39,293 nt of DNA from an uncultured Gammaproteobacteria bacterium (lineage in GTDB: Bacteria; Patescibacteriota; Microgenomatia; UBA12405): contig CAYXDV010000004.1 of the NCBI GenBank assembly GCA_964463925.1, forward strand, positions 79,080 to 118,372. Direction: 5' to 3'. This document shows, piece by piece, positions 9,537-18,706 of the stretch (the stretch's first letter is position 1; every line of letters begins with the position of its first letter). A program made the position numbers and the translations under genes. Under the pieces are notes generated by a model that saw only the letters and a program-made list of their open reading frames with translations, made no database searches and had not been told where the DNA came from.

Positions 9537-11543
9537 ATGCAAAACCCATTTGACAAGAATTCGTCACCAGAAGATATTATTTCCACTCCTAAACTAAGCT
9601 CAATTTTTGACAAATCAACAAACAAGCCAACTATCCCCGTCAAAAAAACATCAAAGCTCAAAACTTTCTTTAAAATCGCATCTTTATCTCTTTTGGTTTT
9701 ACTACTGTTAACGAGCGTGGCTGGTTTTTACCTCTATCAAGAGGCATATAAACCATATCAAGAATTCTCACAAAAATTACAGCAAACCTTGGCACTTCAA
9801 CCAAAGGTAAAAGAAGCTATTGCCAGTAAGGATTTAAACAAGATTAAACTCCAGTTAGAAGAATTAAAACAAGCCAAAGAATCTCTTCAAACTTCTTATC
9901 AAAAGTTTTCCAAATTCAGCAAGCTTCCAAAAATTAAAGACTATTATCAAGACGGAGAAGAAGCCTTTAATATTGCCGACCAATCTTTTGATGCATCCAA
10001 CATAATCTTAACTGCGATTGCTCCTTACCAAGACTTTCTTGGATTAACCGGAGGTCTGGCTAGTAAAAAAACAGAAACTGCAGAAGACAGAATTGCTTTT
10101 TTGACTCAATCAGTCGAAGGTATTGTTCCTTATTTTGATCAACTGGAAACCAAATTATCCAATATTGAAACATCTTTAAATAAAATAGATGCGACTCGTT
10201 ATCCCGAAGAATTTAAAGGCCTAAAAATACAATCTAATTTATTACAAGTAAAACAAGAAGTAGCCCAGATTCATCAGTTTTTACAGGAGGGAAAGCCAAT
10301 TCTAACCAAAACATCATGGTTACTTGGAAAAGACAAGCCTAGAACTTATCTGCTTCTTTTCCAAAACGATGCTGAGCTGAGACCGACAGGTGGTTTCTGG
10401 ACTGCTTATGGTACTCTAAAAGTTGATAAGGGCAAAATCACTCCAATTTCTTCCAGCAATATTTACGATCTAGACACAAAGTTCAACAGCACCATACCAG
10501 CTCCAAGACCTATTAAAAGCTATCACATTAATGTGCCATATTGGTATGTCCGTGATATGAATCTATCACCTGACTTTCCAACTAGTGTGAAAAACTTTAT
10601 AGATGCCTACAATAAAGTCTACAAGAACGACCCCTTTGATGCTGTTGTTGCAATCACCACAAAACCTGTAGTTGATTTAATCAAAGTTATTGGGAGAGTT
10701 GGAGTTCCAGGTTGGGGTAACTTTACTCCAGATCCAGACAAACGCTGTGACGGCTGTCCAAATGTTTTATACCAAATGCTATGGCTAGCTGGTAAACCCA
10801 GAAACTATGTTGATAATGATAGAAAAGGATTCTTGGGCCCTCTAATGCACTCAATCCTGGCTAATGCCATGGGATCGCCTAAAGAAAAAATGGGGCCTCT
10901 AATGTCAGCCATGCTTGAAAATGTGAATCAGAAAAACATTTTGATGTATTTTAAGGATCCAGAAATGCAAAAGGCTGCAGAGCTTGCCAATATCGCTGGC
11001 ACGGTTACTCAAACAACAAACAATACTGATTACATAATGTTGGTTGATGCAAATATGAGTAGTGCTAAGACTAATTTATTCCTAACTCAAAAAATTAGAC
11101 ATGAAATTATTAGTCAGAATGGTCAAGTTCAACACAAAATAACAATAACTTATACTAATCCATCAAAAGCTAGTAATTGCAATTTGGAAAAAGGGGATAT
11201 TTGTCTGAATGCTCCAAAGTATCGTGATTGGTTCAGATTTTATGTACCCACCAACTCCAAATTAGATAAAATGACTGGTTCCGAAGTTGATCCACTAACA
11301 TACGAGGAAAGCGGAAAAACTGTTTTTGAAGGTTTTTATGGCAATAAGTATCCGCTTTACGCCCAAAGTAGCACTAAAACTAGCATACAATATACTAGTA
11401 CAGTTCCAGCCTCCAAAGACTATACTTTGTTGATTCAAAAGCAGCCAGGTGCCAAAGCTGCCGAATATCAATTGGTGGTCAACGGCGAAGACTATGATAC
11501 TTTTATGCTTACGGCCGATAAAACCATCAAACTGGCCTTGTGA
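9537..11543 (+). CDS. DUF4012-family membrane-anchored protein
   Basis: Single TM helix, long coiled region, then YLLLFQNDAELRPTGGF and RDMNLSPDFPTS, which I recognise as DUF4012-like. These proteins often sit at glycan loci. Confidence 0.75.
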   Translation: MQNPFDKNSSPEDIISTPKLSSIFDKSTNKPTIPVKKTSKLKTFFKIASLSLLVLLLLTSVAGFYLYQEAYKPYQEFSQKLQQTLALQPKVKEAIASKDLNKIKLQLEELKQAKESLQTSYQKFSKFSKLPKIKDYYQDGEEAFNIADQSFDASNIILTAIAPYQDFLGLTGGLASKKTETAEDRIAFLTQSVEGIVPYFDQLETKLSNIETSLNKIDATRYPEEFKGLKIQSNLLQVKQEVAQIHQFLQEGKPILTKTSWLLGKDKPRTYLLLFQNDAELRPTGGFWTAYGTLKVDKGKITPISSSNIYDLDTKFNSTIPAPRPIKSYHINVPYWYVRDMNLSPDFPTSVKNFIDAYNKVYKNDPFDAVVAITTKPVVDLIKVIGRVGVPGWGNFTPDPDKRCDGCPNVLYQMLWLAGKPRNYVDNDRKGFLGPLMHSILANAMGSPKEKMGPLMSAMLENVNQKNILMYFKDPEMQKAAELANIAGTVTQTTNNTDYIMLVDANMSSAKTNLFLTQKIRHEIISQNGQVQHKITITYTNPSKASNCNLEKGDICLNAPKYRDWFRFYVPTNSKLDKMTGSEVDPLTYEESGKTVFEGFYGNKYPLYAQSSTKTSIQYTSTVPASKDYTLLIQKQPGAKAAEYQLVVNGEDYDTFMLTADKTIKLAL

Positions 11544-12094
11544 TAGTAAATGACAAAGCCATAGTTTTAAGCTTAAAAAAGACGGCTGAATTGGATTTAA
11601 ATATTTCGTTATATTGCCTTAAATTAGGAAAAATCTACGCAAAAGCAAAAGGAGCATCAAAAATTACTAGTAGTAGATTAAGTACTTTACAGGCAGGAAA
11701 TACTATCCAAGTTTATATTTATGAAAAAAATTCGATTCATTGGATCTCTCAAACAAAATCAATATCTAGCTTTTTAACAAAAAGCAAAAGCTTGACTCAG
11801 GTGAATTTATTATTCTATTTATTGGAATTCTGTCATCGAATTATTCCAGCATCCCAAGCGAATAATTTAGTGTTTTCTCAGATCGAAGAAGCCATTCAGG
11901 CAATCGATAACAACCAGATTGGTAAATTTATCCAAAAGGAAATCAATATTGTTAATCTACTTGGCTACGGTACCCCAAGTTCAGTTAGTCAGGCAGTTAC
12001 AAATCGTGATGCAAAGCAGGCTCATCATCTACTTAAAAATTATATTGAGTCAATATTGGAACGTCCTCTTGAAAGCCAAAAGTTATTTAGTTAA
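11540..12094 (+). CDS. recO: DNA repair protein RecO
   Basis: N-terminal AIVL...GKIYAKAKGASKITSSR OB-fold pattern, 184 aa, GTG start. Sits upstream of glycyl-tRNA synthetase, a common synteny. Confidence 0.75.
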   Translation: MIVNDKAIVLSLKKTAELDLNISLYCLKLGKIYAKAKGASKITSSRLSTLQAGNTIQVYIYEKNSIHWISQTKSISSFLTKSKSLTQVNLLFYLLEFCHRIIPASQANNLVFSQIEEAIQAIDNNQIGKFIQKEINIVNLLGYGTPSSVSQAVTNRDAKQAHHLLKNYIESILERPLESQKLFS

Positions 12095-12111
12095 TTATCA
12101 AAAATTAACTA

Positions 12112-12141
12112 TTGTCCAACATTGGCTGCTTAGTTTATAAT
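12112..12141 (+). promoter_or_regulatory. Sigma70-type promoter for the T-box/glyQS transcript
   Basis: TTGTCC (12112-12117), 18 nt, TATAAT (12136-12141), ending 7 nt before Stem I of the T-box. Confidence 0.65.
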
Positions 12142-12148
12142 TCTATGC

Positions 12149-12248
12149 TACGGCTATGACAGAGTTGGCATCCTCGAGCTGTAAAAACAAGTGGTTTATT
12201 GCTTAAGCAGTAAACAATTAGGGTGGAACCATCCGATATTCGGATCCC
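12149..12248 (+). ncRNA. Glycine T-box riboswitch leader (minimal architecture)
   Basis: Stem I: TACGGC/GCTGTA, K-turn-like TATGA/GA, GAG/CTC closing a loop containing GGC-A. Stem III: GTTTATTGC-TTAA-GCAGTAAAC. T-box motif AATTAGGGTGGAACC. Antiterminator: GGG-TGGAACC-ATCCG-ATATT-CGGAT-CCC. Directly upstream of glyQS. Confidence 0.85.
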
Positions 12249-12274
12249 TTTATTAATAATTATTAATAAAAATT

Positions 12275-13591
12275 ATGGTTCAAAATCAAGAAGACAAAGT
12301 TTCCAAAATAGTTTCGCTGTGCAAACGCAGAGGTATCATTTTTCAAAATTCTGAAATATATGGGGGAGTTCAAGGATTTTACGATTATGGTCCCATAGGC
12401 TCTCTGATGAAATACAACTGGAAGAATTTATGGTGGAAGGATAATGTTATAAAGCGCAGAGATGTTGTTGGAATCGACGGGACAATTATTACTCACCCAA
12501 AAGTTTGGGAAGCCTCAGGACATGTAAAGAACTTTGGCGATGAGCTAGTAGAATGCAAATCCTGTCATCAACGTTTCCGACCTGATTTAATAAATTTTGC
12601 CAAAGAATGCCCAGAATGTGGAGGCGAATTCACAAATCCAAAGAAATTCAATATTTTATTTCACACCGAAATAGGTGTAATTGAGGGTGAAAAAATTCCT
12701 GCCTATCTTCGCGGAGAAGCTTGCCAAACTATATATCTAGATTTCAAAAATATCATTGATTCTTGCCGTGTCAAAATACCTTTTGGCATTGCCCAGATCG
12801 GCAAAGCCTTTCGTAATGAAATTACACCAAAAAACTTTCTTTATCGTACTCGCGAATTTGAACAATGGGACGTGCAATATTTTGTTCACCCGTCAGAAAT
12901 GGATAAGTGGTACGAATATTGGAAAGAAAATCGAATGTCTTGGTACCAAAATTTATTTAACGATAAAAATAGTCTACGTTTTAGACAGCATGCTCAAGAT
13001 GAACTTGCATTTTATGCCCAAAAGGCGTTTGATATTGAATATAATGCCCCTTGGGGTTGGGCAGAAATGGAGGGTATTCATTGGCGCTCGGACTACGATT
13101 TATCCCAGCATTCAAAATTTAGTGGTCAGGATCTAGCTTACAAAGACCCATTAACTCAAGAAAAATACCTACCATGGATTGTGGAAACTTCAGGCGGAGT
13201 TGATAGGGGGTTCTTTTTTCTATTGCTAGATGCATATCGGGAAGATAAATTGGAAAACGGAGAAATTCGTACTTGGTTGCAAATAAATCCAAAGCTTTCC
13301 GCCTACAAATTAGCAATCTTCCCACTAGCCAGCAATAAGCCAGAGCTAATAAGCAAATCAGAAGAAATTTATAGTCAGCTAGCTGATAAATATTCAGTAG
13401 ATTATGATGATAGCAGTAGTATAGGGAAAAAATATCGACGACAAGACGAAATAGGGACGCCCTGGTGTTTGGTAGTTGATTATCAAACTCTTGAAGACAA
13501 CACTGTTTCCATCCGTGATCGCGACACCATGGAACAAATCCGTATAAAAGCTGGAGAGGTTGACGGTTGGTTATCCAATAAGCTAAAGTAA
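12275..13591 (+). CDS. glyQS: Glycine--tRNA ligase, alpha2 (eukaryote/archaea-like) class II type
   Basis: LCKRRG..FQNSEIYGG, YLRGEACQ, GKAFRNEITP, RTREFEQ, ELAFYA, ETSGGVDR, and anticodon-binding IGKKYRRQDEIGTP. Confidence 0.95.
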   Translation: MVQNQEDKVSKIVSLCKRRGIIFQNSEIYGGVQGFYDYGPIGSLMKYNWKNLWWKDNVIKRRDVVGIDGTIITHPKVWEASGHVKNFGDELVECKSCHQRFRPDLINFAKECPECGGEFTNPKKFNILFHTEIGVIEGEKIPAYLRGEACQTIYLDFKNIIDSCRVKIPFGIAQIGKAFRNEITPKNFLYRTREFEQWDVQYFVHPSEMDKWYEYWKENRMSWYQNLFNDKNSLRFRQHAQDELAFYAQKAFDIEYNAPWGWAEMEGIHWRSDYDLSQHSKFSGQDLAYKDPLTQEKYLPWIVETSGGVDRGFFFLLLDAYREDKLENGEIRTWLQINPKLSAYKLAIFPLASNKPELISKSEEIYSQLADKYSVDYDDSSSIGKKYRRQDEIGTPWCLVVDYQTLEDNTVSIRDRDTMEQIRIKAGEVDGWLSNKLK

Positions 13592-13594
13592 GCA

Positions 13595-14098
13595 ATGAAA
13601 AAAATATATTTGATTCTACTGGCTTCTGGCTTATTTCTCACTGCATGTTCTGCAACTGGTTCAAAATCAAGTCCAACTGTAACTCCAACACCAATTCAAA
13701 AAAAGAATAAGCTAACTGAAATCATCTTTGACAACCCACCGCAAATTTCCTTAACTCCCAGGACTGATGGTCATGAGTTAAAATTGAAAATTGCCCAAAT
13801 TCCAGCATCTATTACAAAGCTTGAATATGAACTTTTGTACAAAGCCATAGACGGCAAAACTGAAATAGAAAAAGGCCTAGGAGATACTGTCAACAATCCT
13901 GGCCTCTCCATGGAGCGTGATCTGCTTTTGGGAACATCAAGCTGTACAAATGGCTGTAAGTACAAATATGATGACGGCGTAAGTAGTGGAAGTATAAAAA
14001 TTACCTATCTTACAAATAATAATGAAGTAAATGTTTATGAATCTTCGTGGACTCTAAGTAAAGTGGGGGGCAAATTCTCGGTCAAGCTTGAAAAATAA
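13595..14098 (+). CDS. Putative lipoprotein
   Basis: MKK + hydrophobic stretch + LTAC lipobox, followed by an SPTVTPTP linker. Confidence 0.7.
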   Translation: MKKIYLILLASGLFLTACSATGSKSSPTVTPTPIQKKNKLTEIIFDNPPQISLTPRTDGHELKLKIAQIPASITKLEYELLYKAIDGKTEIEKGLGDTVNNPGLSMERDLLLGTSSCTNGCKYKYDDGVSSGSIKITYLTNNNEVNVYESSWTLSKVGGKFSVKLEK

Positions 14099-14100
14099 AC

Positions 14101-14967
14101 ATGCCCACAGCCCACTATCCCGTTTTAAAAGAAGAAGTAGTTAGTTTACTAAGTTCTCGCTTACCCGCTGGAACAACGATAATTGACGGAACACTGGGAA
14201 ATGCTGGTCACAGTATCGCCCTAGCACAGGAAAAATACCACATCATCGGTCTTGACCGAAACCTACAAAGCCTAAATCAGGCAAAATTAAATATTGCAAA
14301 TTACAAAGATTACATCTCTGTTTATCAAGACAACTTCACAAATTTTCCAAACTATTTTCCACACAATCCAAAAGCAATTCTTTTAGACTTAGGACTATCT
14401 ATTTCTCAATTAAAAGACTATGATCTTGGCTTATCTTTTAGTGACGACAGTCTAGACATGCGCCTTGATACAAAAACAAAAACCACAGCAAAAGACCTTG
14501 TAAACGATTTGCCTGTATTGGAGCTTTCAAATATTATAGGGAAGTTGTCTCAGGAAAAGCTTAGCCAACCAATTGCCAAAAATATTGTAAAATTCAGAAC
14601 AAACCAGCCGATAATAAGCGCCAAGCAGCTTGCACAAATAGTCAGTGACACATACGAGGAATATCACCAAATCAGCAAATTGCATCCTGCCACAAAAACT
14701 TTTTTAGCCTTAAAAATAATCGTAAATCAAGAAATAGAAAATCTAAAATTATTTCTCCAGAATACATTGTCAGCACCTAATGGCTTTTTAGTAGCCATTA
14801 TTACATTTCATTCAACCGAAGACCGCATAGTAAAAAACTTTTTAAGAGAAAACAAAAGTCAACTTCAGATAGAAAAAGCAATTTTTCCAAACAAAAATGA
14901 AATTGCACAAAATCCTCCAAGTAGATCAGCAATTCTTAGAAGTTATATAATCAAATCATGTCTTTAA
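14101..14967 (+). CDS. rsmH: 16S rRNA m4C1402 methyltransferase RsmH (MraW)
   Basis: HYPVL, DGTLGNAGHS, LLDLGLS, LDMRLD, HPATKTF, ITFHSTEDRIVK, NPPSRSAILR. Confidence 0.93.
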   Translation: MPTAHYPVLKEEVVSLLSSRLPAGTTIIDGTLGNAGHSIALAQEKYHIIGLDRNLQSLNQAKLNIANYKDYISVYQDNFTNFPNYFPHNPKAILLDLGLSISQLKDYDLGLSFSDDSLDMRLDTKTKTTAKDLVNDLPVLELSNIIGKLSQEKLSQPIAKNIVKFRTNQPIISAKQLAQIVSDTYEEYHQISKLHPATKTFLALKIIVNQEIENLKLFLQNTLSAPNGFLVAIITFHSTEDRIVKNFLRENKSQLQIEKAIFPNKNEIAQNPPSRSAILRSYIIKSCL

Positions 14968-16292
14968 AACAAAAAATTCCAATCCTACAAAAATTAACCA
15001 ACATTTTTATACACCTACCAAGAAGTATTTTTTGGAATATTAAATATGGTTTTCCAAGCCGTGACATGACCTTAATAGGAATTACCGGAACCGACGGAAA
15101 AACAACTACCACCATACTTACACACCAACTGCTTAAGAATTATGGACTAAAAGTTGGACTGATAAGTACTTTAGGGGCCAAGATTGAAGATGAATTCATT
15201 ACAACAGGACTACACACTACTTCTCCCAATCCTGCGACAATTCAACGCCTGCTGTACCAAATGAAAAAAGCAGGCCTAACACATGTCGTTCTAGAAGTAA
15301 CTTCACACGCACTAGATCAATATCGTTATTGGGGCTGCAAATTTCAAGTTGGAGTCTTTACCAATCTTGCCCAAGAACATTTAGACTATCACAAAAATAT
15401 GGACAAGTATTTGCTTGCAAAATCAAAACTATTGAAACAATGCACCTTTCCTATTGCCAATTTTGATAGTCCATTTTTTTCTAAGTTAAAAAAGATAGTG
15501 GGCAGAAAAATCTTGACATTTGGATTCAATCAGGGAGCAGATATTTTAGCAAGTGATTTAGTCTTGAATTCCAACAAATTAACTTTCAATGTAAAGAACC
15601 AAACTTTTTATACTAATAGTCCTTTTGCCTATCAGGCATACAACATACTCGCAGCACTAGCAATTTCAAATTATTTGAACATACCAGAACCAATTTTGCA
15701 GCAAACAATTGAGCATTTTCCAGAAACCAAGGGAAGGCGTGAAGAGATCTCAAATGATTTAGGCATACATTGTATTGTCGATTTTGCCCACACTCCACAA
15801 GCTCTCGAGAATACGCTCAATAGCCTTAGGATAACTAATCCAGATAACAAAATTATCACAGTGTTTGGGGCCACCGGAGGTCGTGATCCGGGAAAACGTC
15901 CCAAAATGGGTCAAATAGTTTCAGAGTTGTCTAACATCACCATAATTACTTCAGATGATACTCGAAACGAAAAAATAGAAAACATAGCATCACAAATTGA
16001 GTCAGGTATCGGAAAGGAAGTTCAGAAAATATCTTTTAGTCAAAAAATACCAAATAAAAAAGAGTTGCAAAATGCTAAAAATTACCTAAAAAACGGACAT
16101 ATATACACTTTTATACCAAATAGACAAGATGCAATTACTACGGCAATTTTGTTGGCACAAAAAGGAGATGTGGTAATTGCCTGTGGCAAAGGACACGAAC
16201 AAACAATACTCTTGGGTGAAACAGAATACCCCTGGTCGGAATCAGAAGCAATTCGCACTGGTTTGAATATCCGTCAAAATAGTCTAAAATAG
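14958..16292 (+). CDS. murE: Mur ligase, MurE type (UDP-MurNAc-dipeptide:amino acid ligase)
   Basis: GITGTDGKTTT, HTTSP, LEVTSH, HLDYH, VDFAHTP, GGRD..KRPKMG, GKGHE. Confidence 0.9.
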   Translation: MSLKQKIPILQKLTNIFIHLPRSIFWNIKYGFPSRDMTLIGITGTDGKTTTTILTHQLLKNYGLKVGLISTLGAKIEDEFITTGLHTTSPNPATIQRLLYQMKKAGLTHVVLEVTSHALDQYRYWGCKFQVGVFTNLAQEHLDYHKNMDKYLLAKSKLLKQCTFPIANFDSPFFSKLKKIVGRKILTFGFNQGADILASDLVLNSNKLTFNVKNQTFYTNSPFAYQAYNILAALAISNYLNIPEPILQQTIEHFPETKGRREEISNDLGIHCIVDFAHTPQALENTLNSLRITNPDNKIITVFGATGGRDPGKRPKMGQIVSELSNITIITSDDTRNEKIENIASQIESGIGKEVQKISFSQKIPNKKELQNAKNYLKNGHIYTFIPNRQDAITTAILLAQKGDVVIACGKGHEQTILLGETEYPWSESEAIRTGLNIRQNSLK

Positions 16293-16296
16293 GTCT

Positions 16297-17331
16297 ATGA
16301 TCCATTTGTATCTCGGACTTCTTTTGGTGTCATTTTTGCTAACTAGTATTTTTGTGATCCCATTCATTAACTTACTTTATAAACTAAAATTCCAGCGCCA
16401 AGCACAAACCACGCTTGATTTTCAAAATAAACGTACACCCATTTTTGATAAATTTCATGCCAAAAAGGCAGGAACCCCAGTTGGCGGTGGATTACTAATA
16501 ATCATCTCTGTATGCGTCCTATTTTTGCTTATTTTTCCGCTTCTAGGCGTAGGTAAAATTTTTGTTAGCTCCAACTACAAAATAGGCCAAGAACTTTTAG
16601 TAATTTTCTACACTTTTCTTAGTTTTGGCTTGATTGGTTTATATGATGATGTTTTAAAGTTCTTCGGTTTTCAGAAAACTGGGTTTTTTGGTCTTAGAAT
16701 GCGCCATAAATTAGTACTGCAGTTAGCAGCTGCTTTCGTTACATCCCTTGGGTTGTATCGAATTTTAGGAATTGATTTTGTATATATACCTTTTTTGGGT
16801 CCCCTGAATTTAGGCCCAATATATTTACCTTTTGCCACACTCCTAATTGTTACTTTTGCTAACTTCTTCAATATTACTGATGGGCTCGACGGTTTATCAT
16901 GTGGTCTTCTAACTATTTCACTTTTTGCTTTTTGGGTTTTGGCGGGCAATTCCCTAGACACGCCAATCTCGATTTTCTTATCTCTTTGGATTGGAGCTAT
17001 TGTTGCTTTTTTATATTTTAATGTATCGCCAGCTCGTATCTGGTTGGGAGATGTAGGCGCCCTATCTTTTGGAAGTACTTTTGCAGTTATTGCCCTTCTT
17101 CTTGGCAAGGTTGTTCCGCTTCTTATTGTTGGAATACCATTTATCGTAGAAGGTGGTAGTAGTTTTATTCAAATTCTAAGTAAAAAGTACCTAAAACGGA
17201 AGTTATTCCCAGCCGCACCAATTCATTTAACAATGCAGCATCTTGGTTGGGAAGAATCAAAAATTGTGTTCAGGGCCTGGTTGGTAGCGATAATATTATC
17301 AATTTTTGCTCTATGGTTGGGCCTAAATTAA
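16297..17331 (+). CDS. mraY: Phospho-N-acetylmuramoyl-pentapeptide transferase
   Basis: KAGTPVGGG, GLYDD, NITDGLDGL, FNVSPARIWLGDVG, APIH. Confidence 0.93.
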   Translation: MIHLYLGLLLVSFLLTSIFVIPFINLLYKLKFQRQAQTTLDFQNKRTPIFDKFHAKKAGTPVGGGLLIIISVCVLFLLIFPLLGVGKIFVSSNYKIGQELLVIFYTFLSFGLIGLYDDVLKFFGFQKTGFFGLRMRHKLVLQLAAAFVTSLGLYRILGIDFVYIPFLGPLNLGPIYLPFATLLIVTFANFFNITDGLDGLSCGLLTISLFAFWVLAGNSLDTPISIFLSLWIGAIVAFLYFNVSPARIWLGDVGALSFGSTFAVIALLLGKVVPLLIVGIPFIVEGGSSFIQILSKKYLKRKLFPAAPIHLTMQHLGWEESKIVFRAWLVAIILSIFALWLGLN

Positions 17332-18008
17332 GTAGTTATCTTGACTTCTATTTAGGTATACCATACTGGCGCAATCAAGTTGATCAAGATGGAACAATCA
17401 AAAAAGAAGGTCCTTTTGCTGGAAAGGGTAGTCCCCTTGAAATAGAATATGCCAACAAATGTTCTGCCTTCCAAGAGAAGATCCAGTTGTCAGAATTAAA
17501 CACAGAAGAGATACACAATTTGCAGAAAAAATACCAAATCGGTGTCGACTGCGGCGGCTTAGTATATAACTTGCTAGAGGCACATGCCCAAGACAATGGT
17601 TTTCCTGGAATCTATTATTACATAACAGGTATGTGGCGGGGAGTAAAAAGAAATGGAGTTAGATCAGTATACGCCACCAATTTTGCAGACTCTAAAAATA
17701 GCAAAAAAATCTTAGAAATTGAAAATGCTCAAACCGGGGATTTAATATGCCTTTTGGGTAAAGATGGTACTGGACATGTAATTTTCATTCTCGATAATCA
17801 AAAGGATATCTTAAACTGTATTCAGTCTTCTTCAGAAACTAGTTCAAAACAGGTTCACAAGTTTCAGATTTATATCACTAATCCAGAAAGTAATATAGCC
17901 AAGCAAGACTGGAGAATAGTCGATTCAAATGGTAACAATTTCTTAGATCTTTTTGACCTAGAAAATGAAATAACTGGAATTTACCGGCCCCTTTTTCTAT
18001 GTCATTAA
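17313..18008 (+). CDS. Papain-fold cysteine hydrolase, NlpC/P60-like
   Basis: GIPY, GVDCGGLV (candidate catalytic Cys), GDLI and GHVIFI (candidate His). Start placed at ATG 17313 because the track start overlaps mraY by 85 nt. Confidence 0.6.
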   Translation: MVGPKLSSYLDFYLGIPYWRNQVDQDGTIKKEGPFAGKGSPLEIEYANKCSAFQEKIQLSELNTEEIHNLQKKYQIGVDCGGLVYNLLEAHAQDNGFPGIYYYITGMWRGVKRNGVRSVYATNFADSKNSKKILEIENAQTGDLICLLGKDGTGHVIFILDNQKDILNCIQSSSETSSKQVHKFQIYITNPESNIAKQDWRIVDSNGNNFLDLFDLENEITGIYRPLFLCH

Positions 18009-18706
18009 AATTATATACCCAACAGCAGGTTGCAGAAATTTGTAAGCCAGTTTTTGAAGAATTTTCCATAGATTCAAATTTTATGGCAAACCGTATGTGT
18101 GGGCTAACCACATGTGCAAATTTGATTAATAATCTCTATCAGACAACTTTATTACCATTAGAAAAACTACCTACCATATTAAACATTCTGCTAAAGTACA
18201 ACAACCAAGCCCACCTCTCTAAAGGAAAACTTACTGATCCGGGAACTTTTAAAAGTTTTGATAGTGAAGGTAATATGTTCCACAATGCTGCTATTTGTAT
18301 TTTTGAAGCCGCCAATTTAGCTTGGTTGCCAATTTTTAACCCAGATAATCCACAAAATGTCTATTCTTTATTAGACGAAAAAACAAATTTATTCTTATCC
18401 ATAAATAATCAACGATTCAATGGTTCCAGACATCTAGTTTGCTTAACCAGGGATTATCTAATTGATCCAGAATCATCTCAACCACAATCAGGCTACCAAG
18501 AATTTCTAAACAAATACTGGGTAAATTGGAGCAGTGTTTTAGTATCCACTAGCAAAATAAATATAGACAAAATTCCAAGCGATATTAAAATAAAACCAGT
18601 TTTTGAAACAGAAAAAGATATATTAAACAATCCTCCCGGAACCATTCCCTGGCCAGCTTTCATACCAAGTATTATTGTAAAAGAAATATCTAATGTCCTC
18701 CGTTAA
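17999..18706 (+). CDS. Putative papain-fold (C39-like) cysteine peptidase
   Basis: MCGLTTCANL (Cys-Gly followed by helix) and RHLVCL...YLIDP (His, Asp-Pro) have C39-like spacing. Overlaps both neighbours. Confidence 0.45.
   Translation: MSLKLYTQQQVAEICKPVFEEFSIDSNFMANRMCGLTTCANLINNLYQTTLLPLEKLPTILNILLKYNNQAHLSKGKLTDPGTFKSFDSEGNMFHNAAICIFEAANLAWLPIFNPDNPQNVYSLLDEKTNLFLSINNQRFNGSRHLVCLTRDYLIDPESSQPQSGYQEFLNKYWVNWSSVLVSTSKINIDKIPSDIKIKPVFETEKDILNNPPGTIPWPAFIPSIIVKEISNVLR

Noticed and set aside
478-11543. Genetic code 25 (TGA=Gly) as in Gracilibacteria/Absconditabacteria
   Set aside because: Several full-length genes end at TGA with ATGA/GTGA overlaps into the next gene (1005-1008, 4607-4610, 6686-6689, 11540-11543).
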